A stretch of 22,967 nucleotides of DNA. Origin: a virus (lineage: Duplodnaviria > Heunggongvirae > Uroviricota > Caudoviricetes). Below, one piece after another: positions 10,048 to 18,372 of this stretch (its first letter is position 1; every line of letters starts with the position of its first letter). Position numbers and translations under genes: made by a program. The stretch lies in the IMG/VR virus record IMGVR_UViG_2687453563_000005; one strand, given 5' to 3'. The notes under the pieces were generated by a model that did not search any database, was not told the DNA's origin, and worked only from the letters and a program-made list of their open reading frames with translations.

Positions 10048-10414
10048 AAACGTCCAAATCTAATGTTAGATCTAGCATGGAAAGGCAGCCATCAATAAAT
10101 CCTTCGGCTAGCTGTATTTCTATACGTATCAATTTCTCATCTTTTTTACGAGCCTTGGCGAGCTTTCTTTTAGAGATACCGTATAGGTAATGGGCAACAA
10201 GAAGCGAATGTTCGTCCGGCCTTTTTTGCTTTAGATGAGCAAGACAACCTTCAATAATTAAGGCATCACTATCCGAACAAGCCAAGCGTTTCTTGCTTGT
10301 ATAGGGAAGAAGTCCCTTAAACCCAGCGGCTATAGGTGAATAATCAACGCCTGAACTATCACTCGCCGCCCATGCCCCCCAACGCTCCAGAACCATCTGA
10401 ATATCACGCATCAA
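10046..10414 (-). CDS. Late-gene antitermination protein Q (phage 82/21-type Q family, 122 aa)
   Basis: MMRDIQMVLERWGAWAA...SPIAAGFKGLLP... resembles QuuD-type antiterminators as recalled; last gene of the cro-to-Q operon. Confidence 0.75.
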   Translation of the reverse strand: MMRDIQMVLERWGAWAASDSSGVDYSPIAAGFKGLLPYTSKKRLACSDSDALIIEGCLAHLKQKRPDEHSLLVAHYLYGISKRKLAKARKKDEKLIRIEIQLAEGFIDGCLSMLDLTLDLDV

Positions 10415-10428
10415 CTTTCTCCACCAAA

Positions 10429-11424
10429 TCAGGCTAGCACACCAATTGCCAACACACGGTCGATAAAACGAAATATCAGCTCCAGCTGGGAGCCATACTT
10501 CTCTTCAAATGCCACGGTATCCGCATGCAGCTCGTCGTGATGCTTTCTGCACAAAGGCAACACAAAGAGGTCATGCGCTTTTGTACTCATTCCCCCCTGA
10601 CCGTGGCCTATCAGGTGGTGGGGATCATCAGCAGGCTTTCCACAACATGCACACGGCTGTGTCTTAACCCAGCGCGTGTACTTTTCATTAACCCAGCGGC
10701 GACGTTTGGGGCGTAACATAAAAGACTCCGGCGACTCCGGTTCCACTTTCAGCGCCAGCACCTTTTTCGCTTTATCCTGCATGATGCTGGTGGCTGGAAC
10801 CGAAGGCACAAGGTCACTTTCCCGGGTGACAGACGGCACAACAGGCTTCGGTAATCTCAGTGCCTTACGGGCTGCGCTTTCCGGTAAGGCATCCGCCAGA
10901 TCATTACGAACCAGCCACCAGCACAGTTCCGGCATTGTCACAACGTGACTATCATCAAAACCGAGATCCCGACGCACAACAGACAACACCCAGCGGGCAC
11001 AGTTATCCGTTGCCATTGATTCCAGCCGTTCCGTGAACTGATCGCGCAGTTGGTTATCGCAGTGCCAGCACAGACGGATTGCGCCAGGCGCGTGTCGCAT
11101 TGTGGTCATGTTCTCGCTGTGCCAGTTGGAATGAGGCCACTGGCAGCCTTTTTCACGAAGTAACCAGCTTTCAAGACATTCCACGCCACCAGCACGACGG
11201 ATCACTGCCTCATTGCGGAACACGGCCCGAACGGCAGGATCATCCGCCAGCGGTTGTGATGCCGCCGGAACGGCACCACTGGCGAAAGATGAATAACGTT
11301 CCGGCTCAGGCTCCAGCAGTACACGCCCCTGCATAAACAGGGGCATCAACTCTGAACCTGGCCTGAACAATACGATCCCCATACGCGGGGCAATTTCAGG
11401 GGTCAGTAGTGCTCTCACGGTCAC
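10429..11424 (-). CDS. Phage protein with C-terminal HNH/zinc-finger-like motif (DUF968/NinG-like), 331 aa; GTG start as drawn, true start uncertain
   Basis: C-terminal CACCGKPADDPHHLIGHGQGGMSTKAHDLFVLPLCRKHHDELH has Cys/His spacing typical of HNH-type modules; nin-region position. Confidence 0.55.
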   Translation of the reverse strand: MTVRALLTPEIAPRMGIVLFRPGSELMPLFMQGRVLLEPEPERYSSFASGAVPAASQPLADDPAVRAVFRNEAVIRRAGGVECLESWLLREKGCQWPHSNWHSENMTTMRHAPGAIRLCWHCDNQLRDQFTERLESMATDNCARWVLSVVRRDLGFDDSHVVTMPELCWWLVRNDLADALPESAARKALRLPKPVVPSVTRESDLVPSVPATSIMQDKAKKVLALKVEPESPESFMLRPKRRRWVNEKYTRWVKTQPCACCGKPADDPHHLIGHGQGGMSTKAHDLFVLPLCRKHHDELHADTVAFEEKYGSQLELIFRFIDRVLAIGVLA

Positions 11425-11425
11425 C

Positions 11426-12235
11426 TCAATGAACGGTATCGAGCAGCTTTAACAGCTCAGGGAATCGGGATTCGAAGAAATGCGGCTGCGTCTCGCGCGG
11501 ATTTGCAGGACTGGTGATGTTCTTGCCGAACATGCAGCCTTTCGCCGTCAGCGACCAGAATTTTTTGATGTTGTTAATCGCTGTACGGCTGTATCGTTCG
11601 CGCTGTTCGACGATCCCCAGCTTCGCCATCTGGTGATATGCCTGATTAGCCGTAAGGCGGATACCATACTGTTTCAGCAGTGCACTCAGCGACAGTGTCG
11701 GGCGACTTGAGCCATCAGGCGCGTCAGCAGGAGCATCAATGGCATAGCGCGGTGCCAGATTCGGTAAGCCAACAGCCTCCTGGAGTTTCTGACAGGCCCC
11801 AAGCACTGAAGAGTTAGACAGGTTTAACTCCCTGCGCATAAAGTCCAGCAGAATCACGCCAGCCTGCATCTTGTCAGCAGCCTGCCCGGATAATTTTTCC
11901 GGTGCGCTGGTTACCATATCGAAAGTACGGATCACCTTCAGATGGAATGACGGGCTGATCCACATTGCATAGGCATACACCAGTTCTTTGCAGACATACG
12001 TCCCCTGGTTATTTCCGCCATTAATGACGCTAACTGGTTGATTTTGTTCCAGAGGCGGAATTCCACCCTCGGTGAAAAGTTGTTCAATCAATTCACAGGT
12101 TTGCTTATTGGAGAGCCAGTATTTCGGGCGGTTTTTTTGTTCTCCCCCGGCTGCCCTGTGCAGATCGTTCAGGCTGTAACGCCCATAAGCATCACGACGA
12201 ACTTCAATACCATCAATGACCATCAGATTATTCAT
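11426..12235 (-). CDS. KilA-N domain protein (antirepressor-like), ~269 aa
   Basis: MNNLMVIDGIEVRRDAYGRYSLNDLHRAAGG...PKYWLSNKQTCELIEQL fits KilA-N; GAGGAG Shine-Dalgarno 9 nt upstream of the ATG at 12235 (the ORF-track start at 12268 overlaps rusA). Confidence 0.7.
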   Translation of the reverse strand: MNNLMVIDGIEVRRDAYGRYSLNDLHRAAGGEQKNRPKYWLSNKQTCELIEQLFTEGGIPPLEQNQPVSVINGGNNQGTYVCKELVYAYAMWISPSFHLKVIRTFDMVTSAPEKLSGQAADKMQAGVILLDFMRRELNLSNSSVLGACQKLQEAVGLPNLAPRYAIDAPADAPDGSSRPTLSLSALLKQYGIRLTANQAYHQMAKLGIVEQRERYSRTAINNIKKFWSLTAKGCMFGKNITSPANPRETQPHFFESRFPELLKLLDTVH

Positions 12236-12254
12236 ACTTCGTTTCTCCTCTTGA

Positions 12255-12644
12255 TCAGGCGGCTGCACCCGCCGTTTTCTCGTACTTACTGATAGTGATC
12301 TCGACCTTCCCTTCCGGGATAACCGGTCCCCACTCCACCAGCATTCTTTTCACCTGGCTGTCGTCTTCCCACACACCCGCGTGGGTCAGGGCGTCAAACA
12401 GCGCCTTGTTATAGTTGTCCAGATCGCGGATCCGGTTATCCGGAGGAAACAACACGATCTCCACTGAAGCAGGTGCCGACGTTGGTTTCGGCAGACGACG
12501 TAACTGCTCAACTATTGCTGTGCACGCCGCACTTTGGAATTTTCGCCCCGCCGCGCTTATCAGGCTCTTACCAGCAAATGCCCCTTTGTTGGGGTGTCGC
12601 CAGTAGGTGTTCACGCTGGGTGGAAAAGGCAGAATCAGCTTCAT
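12255..12644 (-). CDS. rusA: RusA-family Holliday junction resolvase (129 aa)
   Basis: LPFPPSVNTYWRH, RDLDNYNKALFDALTHAGVWEDDSQV match RusA signature; ATGA start/stop overlap with upstream gene. Confidence 0.85.
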   Translation of the reverse strand: MKLILPFPPSVNTYWRHPNKGAFAGKSLISAAGRKFQSAACTAIVEQLRRLPKPTSAPASVEIVLFPPDNRIRDLDNYNKALFDALTHAGVWEDDSQVKRMLVEWGPVIPEGKVEITISKYEKTAGAAA

Positions 12645-12967
12645 ACTTTCAGCCCCCTCTCATGTAACCAGTGGGCTGCACGCAGCCTTGCGTTTTCCTC
12701 ACCGGCAAGCAGTGAGCGGATAATCCCGACCGCCTCGCTGTCGTCGTCCTTCACCGCGGTATGAAGCGTGATCCCCCGGGCCACACCACGCTTTATCGTG
12801 ATGACGCCTTTTTTCTCCAGTGCGCGAAGATGCTCCACCGCTGCATTCACCGAACGGTATCCCAGCATGGTTGCCACCTCCTGATTGGTTGGCGGGAAGC
12901 CGCGTTCTTTCTGATAAGAAATCAGCATATCCAGCACCTGCTGCTGGCATTGAGTTAACGTCGTCAT
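12641..12967 (-). CDS. LexA N-terminal DNA-binding-domain homologue lacking the S24 peptidase domain (108 aa)
   Basis: MTTLTQCQQQVLDMLISYQKERGFPPTNQEVATMLGYRSVNAAVEHLRALEKKGVITIKRGVARGITL aligns along the LexA winged-helix domain; no Ser/Lys protease region follows. Confidence 0.7.
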   Translation of the reverse strand: MTTLTQCQQQVLDMLISYQKERGFPPTNQEVATMLGYRSVNAAVEHLRALEKKGVITIKRGVARGITLHTAVKDDDSEAVGIIRSLLAGEENARLRAAHWLHERGLKV

Positions 12968-13617
12968 GCCGCCATCTCCCTGACCAGTTTTTCTGCCTGC
13001 TGGCGAATCTGCGCCAGAAAGGCCTCACCACATGCCTCAAGTTCATCGCGCCCGATGTAGCTGATTGCCGGTCCCTTCCAGGTCTTGTCGAAAACAGCAA
13101 TAGCACCAGCGAAGAAAGCGCCTGTCGGCACCTGCTTCTCATCCTTCGGGATAAACCAGGCAGGCAGTTCAAAACCAATACGCCCGCGAATAAAAGCAAT
13201 ATGATCTACATCTTCCGGCCACCACACTTCGCTGGTGGCAGCTTTGATCAGGAAAACATAGCGCCCGCCTTTATCACGCATGGCACTGGCATGCTTCATG
13301 ATGTAACGCATGCCGGTGATGTATTGCCCCTCATGCTGACTGGCGCGGCTGTATGGGGGATTACCAAAGGCAGCACCTTTAAGCTCCGCAAGGCGTTCTG
13401 ACCAGTCATGCGCCAGCGCGTTGTCTTCCGCCGTGTAATACGCAGCACATTTGGCGTTATCACCGTCAGTGAACAGATCCAGAACAAACGGGCCAAACAG
13501 GGTGTTAATTCCCCAGAAAATGTTGTCCGGCGTGCGCCACTGATCGCCCACTTCCTTCAGTTCATGGGCTGGTTTGTTCCGCAGTTCCACCAGCGCCTGG
13601 CAATATTTATTACTCAT
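12964..13617 (-). CDS. Phage orphan DNA N6-adenine methyltransferase (Dam-like), ~217 aa
   Basis: FGNPPYS motif IV and overall phage Dam-family resemblance; start ATG at 13615..13617 overlaps upstream stop; no adjacent restriction gene. Confidence 0.8.
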   Translation of the reverse strand: MSNKYCQALVELRNKPAHELKEVGDQWRTPDNIFWGINTLFGPFVLDLFTDGDNAKCAAYYTAEDNALAHDWSERLAELKGAAFGNPPYSRASQHEGQYITGMRYIMKHASAMRDKGGRYVFLIKAATSEVWWPEDVDHIAFIRGRIGFELPAWFIPKDEKQVPTGAFFAGAIAVFDKTWKGPAISYIGRDELEACGEAFLAQIRQQAEKLVREMAA

Positions 13618-13907
13618 TAAGCCCCCACGTAATTCCCTGAGAGATACCACTCTTCACCTGATGCAGCCCGCTTACCCTGGCGACGCGCCTTACGCGTTAA
13701 CCAGCCTTCTGCTTCCAGCCGTGCGATAGCCGTTCTGACGGTACTCATCCCCGCGCCAATCTGACGGGCAATGGTTTCAATTGATGGCCAGCACACACCT
13801 TCGTCATTACTGAAATCAGCCAGGCGGGCCATAATTGCCACGCTGGATAACTTCATGCCTGATGCAGCGCAACCATCCCATACATAGCCGGTTAATTTAG
13901 TGCTCAT
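13617..13907 (-). CDS. Small winged-helix DNA-binding protein (96 aa), possibly replication- or regulation-related
   Basis: SIETIARQIGAGMSTVRTAIARLEAEGWL HTH-like segment; function not assignable from sequence alone. Confidence 0.5.
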   Translation of the reverse strand: MSTKLTGYVWDGCAASGMKLSSVAIMARLADFSNDEGVCWPSIETIARQIGAGMSTVRTAIARLEAEGWLTRKARRQGKRAASGEEWYLSGNYVGA

Positions 13908-13916
13908 GACCGACCT

Positions 13917-14255
13917 CTATTTCCCTGAATTTACGACGAAACTGTTCGAGCGGGCTGAAGCACTCATGCTCATAGCCTTCGCGGAGGTAGATAACCCGTT
14001 GTGTTTCCGGTTCCCAACGAATGACTCTGACGGGCACTCCGTAGTGATCTTTGAACCAGCGGTTAACTTGTCGCAAAGGACTGTCTCCTTCTGCCGGTTG
14101 AAATCACCCACAGCCCACTCTGCAAAGCTGTGGGTTACAATTTCCCTGTCACCTGGTACATTTACTGCATAGCAATACTCCACCTTCGCTTTTCCACCCG
14201 GTACAGGAAGCGCAATCAGTTGCGAGCGACGGTAGTGTGTTGTTAAACTGTTCAT
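13917..14255 (-). CDS. Hypothetical protein (112 aa), translationally coupled to upstream gene
   Basis: ATG at 14253..14255 overlaps the upstream TGA (ATGA); no motif recognised; contains an 8-bp inverted repeat cccacagc/gctgtggg at about 14110..14137. Confidence 0.4.
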   Translation of the reverse strand: MNSLTTHYRRSQLIALPVPGGKAKVEYCYAVNVPGDREIVTHSFAEWAVGDFNRQKETVLCDKLTAGSKITTECPSESFVGNRKHNGLSTSAKAMSMSASARSNSFVVNSGK

Positions 14256-14866
14256 GCGTTAGTTTCTCCACAACCAGAAGCAATCGACGCCACGACGCCC
14301 GGAGCTGCACACTCGCGGGCGTCATTACTTTCTGAAATGCAAAAAATTTTGTAGACAAGTGCTGCATGCTCCTGCAGCTTCGAAATTGAGAGATACAGCT
14401 CGTCGTTAATTGCTGTCTTCTCATGCGGTTCCACTACACCGTCTTCGATTGCTGAACGAATCTGTTTTGAATAACTGCCGATCTGTTCAATGACTTCCAG
14501 CAGACGCTGGTTAATATCGGCGTTGTCCACATCCTCGACGTCAGGAAGAGACACAAAGACGCCATTTGCAGACTGCGCCACAGCGTCAGCAATGAAGTGA
14601 GTTCCACCAGCACGTTGCAAAATCATTGCCCATCCCAGCGGGAAAATCTGATCGCCATCGGCACGAAGGCGGTTAAATAATGCGTTCTCTGTTACATCCA
14701 GCCAGTCAGCTGCTTCAGCGTAACCCCCCGGCAACGCTGCGATAGTTTTTCTGACAGCTTTCACGTACCACTCAGGCTGTTTTTCTACTTTCCAGTGATG
14801 CTTACCCACGGTTAGCCTCATCGTTCTGTGGTTTCTGTTAATCGATTTATCCATTAGATTTTTCAT
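14252..14866 (-). CDS. CII-like/YdaT-like phage regulatory protein in the post-cro position (~205 aa; start uncertain, ATG at 14866 or 14854)
   Basis: Sits directly downstream of cro as in lambdoid prophages; family assignment from position and general resemblance only; ORF-track start at 14923 is a GTG inside cro. Confidence 0.5.
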   Translation of the reverse strand: MKNLMDKSINRNHRTMRLTVGKHHWKVEKQPEWYVKAVRKTIAALPGGYAEAADWLDVTENALFNRLRADGDQIFPLGWAMILQRAGGTHFIADAVAQSANGVFVSLPDVEDVDNADINQRLLEVIEQIGSYSKQIRSAIEDGVVEPHEKTAINDELYLSISKLQEHAALVYKIFCISESNDARECAAPGVVASIASGCGETNA

Positions 14867-15047
14867 AAAGCTCAGGTTTAAATGGCAACCGTCCGCAAGT
14901 TCTATATGCAGCTTCTGCTGCACGTCCTTTTGGAATTAACTGGCCCGGACGGTTTCGCCACTGATAAACGGCTTCAGTTGTTATGCCGAAAAAAGCAGCA
15001 ACTTTCTCAATACTGCCGAAGTAGCTTTCGATATCGTCAGTTGTCAT
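14847..15047 (-). CDS. Cro-like repressor (66 aa, YdaS/Cro-type HTH)
   Basis: Small HTH protein (FGITTEAVYQWRNR) transcribed divergently from the cI-like gene. Confidence 0.7.
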   Translation of the reverse strand: MTTDDIESYFGSIEKVAAFFGITTEAVYQWRNRPGQLIPKGRAAEAAYRTCGRLPFKPELYEKSNG

Positions 15048-15144
15048 ACGCCCTCCAAACTAAGTTTTATTAGATGCTAATTACAAATCTATCTTTGGTC
15101 AATAAAAACTAAGATTACTTAGCAATTAAAGAAATGGTGCTCCT
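15048..15144. promoter_or_regulatory. cI/cro divergent promoter-operator region
   Basis: 97-bp AT-rich spacer between divergent repressor genes with repeated CTAAG/CTTAG motifs (aactaagtttta, attagatgctaat, aactaagattacttag). Confidence 0.4.
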
Positions 15145-15771
15145 ATGGAAACGGTTGGTCAGCGTATAAAAGCTCTGAGAAGAGTTACCAGAACGTCCCA
15201 GAAAGAATTGGGTAAATTTTGTGGAGTAAGCGACGTTGCTGTGGGGTACTGGGAGAAAGACATCAATACCCCTGGTGGGGAGGCACTTTCGAAATTAGCG
15301 AAGTTCTTCAATACGTCAATAGATTACATTCTTTATGGTGCTGAGTTTGAAGGCAAACTCGTCACAAACATGCGCAGAGTTCCTGTAATATCGTGGGTTC
15401 AGGCTGGGCAGTTTACTGAGTGCAGGGCAGCAGAAGTGTTTAGTGAAGTGGACAAGTGGGTAGATACATCATTAAAGGTTGGTGATAACTCATTTGCATT
15501 AGAGGTTAAAGGTGACTCCATGACTAACCCTAATGGCCTCCCAACAATACCAGAAGGCGCAACAGTGATTGTAGATCCAGATGCAGAACCTCGTCATGGA
15601 AAAATAGTCATCGCTCGACTTGATGGAACAAACGAAGCTACAGTAAAAAAATTAGTCATCGATGGCCCTCAAAAGTTTTTAGTACCATTAAATCCTCGGT
15701 ATCCCAACATCCCTATCAATGGTAATTGCCTTATCATTGGTGTAGTCAAAGGAGTTCAATACGAACTCTAA
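15145..15771 (+). CDS. CI-type prophage repressor: XRE HTH plus LexA-like S24 peptidase domain (208 aa)
   Basis: N-terminal HTH (IKALRRVTRTSQKELGKFCGVSDVAVGYWE) and C-terminal autocleavage domain with GDSM serine motif and downstream Lys (VKKLV). Confidence 0.9.
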   Translation: METVGQRIKALRRVTRTSQKELGKFCGVSDVAVGYWEKDINTPGGEALSKLAKFFNTSIDYILYGAEFEGKLVTNMRRVPVISWVQAGQFTECRAAEVFSEVDKWVDTSLKVGDNSFALEVKGDSMTNPNGLPTIPEGATVIVDPDAEPRHGKIVIARLDGTNEATVKKLVIDGPQKFLVPLNPRYPNIPINGNCLIIGVVKGVQYEL

Positions 15772-15934
15772 GGCCTCTCTTCTCTAACTAAGGCACCGAA
15801 CTAAGAAAAGTTTGGTGTTTTCTCTTGCCATGACAACTAAGTTAAGTTAGATTTTATATCAAAGATAACGAACAGGCAGGACGCCCACGAAGTAGCCGCC
15901 TGGGGCATATGAAGTCCAGGATGATTCGTTAGCA

Positions 15935-15960
15935 ACAAAAAAGCGCCCTACAGGACGCTT
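15935..15960 (-). terminator. Rho-independent terminator for the 16002..16523 gene
   Basis: Minus-strand RNA forms aagcgtcc/gggcgctt stem (one mismatch) with tgta loop followed by UUUUUUG. Confidence 0.45.
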
Positions 15961-16001
15961 AGCTCTTTAACAATCTGGGTATCATCCAACCAATGCAAGA
16001 T

Positions 16002-16523
16002 TTAAGGAATCCAAGGCGAATTCAGATCTCGCCCCAACTCACGTAATGATCTTGGTCGTTCGTACATCGGATTTTTTTCCATAAGAAATTTATTTTCACA
16101 GTGAAGGCAACGGCTTGTAAGAAAATGAGAAGTTTTACCTACTGGAAGCGGATGAAGTATCGATTTTATATTTTTGGAATAACAAAGTGGGCACAGATGC
16201 ACAGTTATTTCTTTTCCACTCACAATTTCATTTTTAGAGTAAACAAAAGCACCAGAGTCAAGCTGATCAAGGACATATCCTTCTACCTTGGCACAAAAAT
16301 CTTCAAACTCTGCAATTTTTGCTTTGAGATGCATCACCTCTTCATCACGAAGGCGGATCGCATCGCCAAGAGAGAAGCATTCTGCCTGAAGCGTGATTAG
16401 TTTGTTCTGGAGTTCAATGGTTGCAGCTTTAACTTCTGCATCCGTTTTCGCGTCATTAATAACCTTAGCAAGACCGGCAGTCTCCTTTATAGCGGCCATA
16501 GCCGCAGACAGTTCAGCTATCAC
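16002..16523 (-). CDS. Hypothetical protein (~165-173 aa): N-terminal coiled coil, C-terminal CxxC...CxxC zinc-ribbon-like motif; AT-rich moron beside cI
   Basis: Heptad-like N-terminus; CPLCYS...CLHCEN cysteine pairs; own terminator; composition differs from flanks; GTG at 16523 or ATG at 16499 as start. Confidence 0.5.
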   Translation of the reverse strand: MIAELSAAMAAIKETAGLAKVINDAKTDAEVKAATIELQNKLITLQAECFSLGDAIRLRDEEVMHLKAKIAEFEDFCAKVEGYVLDQLDSGAFVYSKNEIVSGKEITVHLCPLCYSKNIKSILHPLPVGKTSHFLTSRCLHCENKFLMEKNPMYERPRSLRELGRDLNSPWIP

Positions 16524-16855
16524 GTTGAATACTCAGCTAGTTGTTGGGGATATCCAGATTAACCAAATCCTTGTTGTTGGGGAATAACTAGGTCCACCTC
16601 GCCTGATGTGGCTAAAAGCAGGCACATAACAGCTAAGTATTTTCAACCAGAGAGAATCCTTAGCGTTGTGGTGAATGCGGCTCAGCGCACGCGGGTTAAG
16701 GTTGAGGCTGACAGTCGACCTTCTGTGGATACCCACCCGCCTGGTGTGCAACCTTCGCCAGGCACCGGGAGGCACCCGGCACCACAACTTTATGCTGTGT
16801 GTAGTCCTCGCGGTACCAGTTTGTACACTTGCTTCCGGCTGGTACCGCTCTTTTT

Positions 16856-16944
16856 ACAAAACAGAGAAGAACATCACCGGACGACGGGCTCATAACCCAA
16901 TCCATCCGGGCGGCTGCCACCGCAGGTGTTCTTCTCTGTTTTGT
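16856..16944. repeat. 18-bp perfect inverted repeat (acaaaacagagaagaaca / tgttcttctctgttttgt) enclosing ~53 bp; a second 9-bp inverted repeat (cggtaccag/ctggtaccg) lies just upstream at 16811..16848
   Basis: Read directly from the sequence; located about 50 nt upstream of the YfdP-like start. Confidence 0.6.
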
Positions 16945-16992
16945 GGAGAAACCAACCGACCTTGCAGGGTCGATATGATTAGGAGCAGAAAA

Positions 16993-17355
16993 ATGGCTAG
17001 CGAACGCAGTACTGATGTGCAGGCATTTATTGGGGAGCTGGACGGCGGCGTATTTGAAACCAAAATCGGCGCAGTTCTCAGTGAAGTCGCTTCCGGTGTG
17101 ATGAACACGAAAACCAAAGGTAAGGTCTCACTCAACCTGGAAATCGAACCATTTGATGAGAACCGTGTGAAAATCAAACACAAACTCTCATATGTTCGCC
17201 CGACTAACCGCGGGAAAATTTCCGAAGAAGACACCACCGAAACGCCGATGTATGTCAATCGCGGTGGTCGCCTGACTATTCTGCAGGAAGACCAGGGACA
17301 ATTACTGACTCTTGCCGGTGAACCTGACGGAAAACTCCGCGCAGCAGGTCATTAA
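16993..17355 (+). CDS. YfdP-like prophage protein (120 aa)
   Basis: AGGAG Shine-Dalgarno 7 nt upstream of ATG at 16993; the longer 16675 ORF-track start is rejected; family call from memory of the CPS-53 yfdP/yfdQ gene neighbourhood. Confidence 0.5.
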   Translation: MASERSTDVQAFIGELDGGVFETKIGAVLSEVASGVMNTKTKGKVSLNLEIEPFDENRVKIKHKLSYVRPTNRGKISEEDTTETPMYVNRGGRLTILQEDQGQLLTLAGEPDGKLRAAGH

Positions 17356-17420
17356 TATCGTTCTTAATTAACCGATTATTTATCTCATCACTGAATATCT
17401 TTATATAGTGAGGACTTATT

Positions 17421-18245
17421 ATGTCTCAGAACTTAGACGCAACCGCAATTAATCAAATCCATGCCCTTATTTCTGCTCAGGGTGTTAATGAAATTATCAG
17501 TAAGATTGGTGCCGATGCTGTGGCATTGCCTGAGAATTTCCGCATTCATGATCTGGAAAAATTTAATTTAAATCGCTTCCGTTTCCGTGGTGCGCTTTCC
17601 ACTGCCAGCATCGATGACTTTACCCGTTACTCTAAAGATCTTGCAGATGAAGGCACCCGCTGCTTTATCGATGCCGATAATATGCGAGCCGTCAGTGTGC
17701 TTAACCTGGGTACTATTGATGAACCAGGTCACGCAGATAACACCGCCACACTCAAACTGAAAAAGACAGCACCGTTCTCTGCTCTGTTGTCTATTAACGG
17801 CGAGCGTAACTCCCAGAAGTCACTAGCAGAATGGATTGAAGACTGGGCAGACTATCTTGTGGGCTTTGATGCTAATGGTGACGCTATTCAGGCAACAAAA
17901 GCGGCTGCGGCTGTCCGTAAAATCACGATTGAAGCAAACCAGACCGCTGATTTTGAAGATAATGACTTCAGCGGCAAACGCTCCCTGATGGAGTCTGTCG
18001 AAGCGAAGACCAAAGATATTATGCCTGTGGCATTTGAATTTAAATGCGTTCCGTTTGAAGGCCTGAAAGAACGTCCGTTTAAATTACGCCTCAGCATTAT
18101 CACTGGCGATCGTCCTGTACTGGTTCTGCGCATTATTCAGCTGGAAGCAGTGCAGGAAGAAATGGCTAACGAATTTCGTGATCTGCTTGTTGAGAAATTC
18201 AAGGACAGCAAAGTAGAAACCTTTATTGGTACTTTCACCGCCTGA
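17421..18245 (+). CDS. YfdQ-like protein (DUF2303 family, 274 aa)
   Basis: Length and sequence character consistent with the CPS-53 YfdQ family as recalled; GAGGA Shine-Dalgarno upstream. Confidence 0.65.
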   Translation: MSQNLDATAINQIHALISAQGVNEIISKIGADAVALPENFRIHDLEKFNLNRFRFRGALSTASIDDFTRYSKDLADEGTRCFIDADNMRAVSVLNLGTIDEPGHADNTATLKLKKTAPFSALLSINGERNSQKSLAEWIEDWADYLVGFDANGDAIQATKAAAAVRKITIEANQTADFEDNDFSGKRSLMESVEAKTKDIMPVAFEFKCVPFEGLKERPFKLRLSIITGDRPVLVLRIIQLEAVQEEMANEFRDLLVEKFKDSKVETFIGTFTA

Positions 18246-18257
18246 TTTCATTACTGC

Positions 18258-18279
18258 AAATGCCCCTGCGGGGGCATTT
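18258..18279 (+). terminator. Hairpin (aaatgcccc-tgcg-ggggcattt) after the yfdQ-like gene; possible partial terminator
   Basis: 9-bp perfect stem with 4-nt loop; only a short T-run follows. Confidence 0.35.
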
Positions 18280-18372
18280 ATGGAAACGTAATTGACTCAA
18301 TAATCGCCGGATGGTGAGGGCTTCCTTTTACCAGAATTCAGCGCGGTGCAGCGCATATACGTGGAGAACAAA

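Noticed and set aside
13900-14172. 90-aa plus-strand ORF
   Set aside because: Antisense within a tightly coupled minus-strand operon; the minus-strand ORF has coupled start/stop overlaps.
16533-17355. ORFs 16533..16787, 16608..16895, 16696..16920, 16890..17258 and the long 16675 start for the YfdP-like gene
   Set aside because: They cover the inverted-repeat structured region; the YfdP-like gene has a good Shine-Dalgarno and ATG at 16993, so upstream extension is unlikely.
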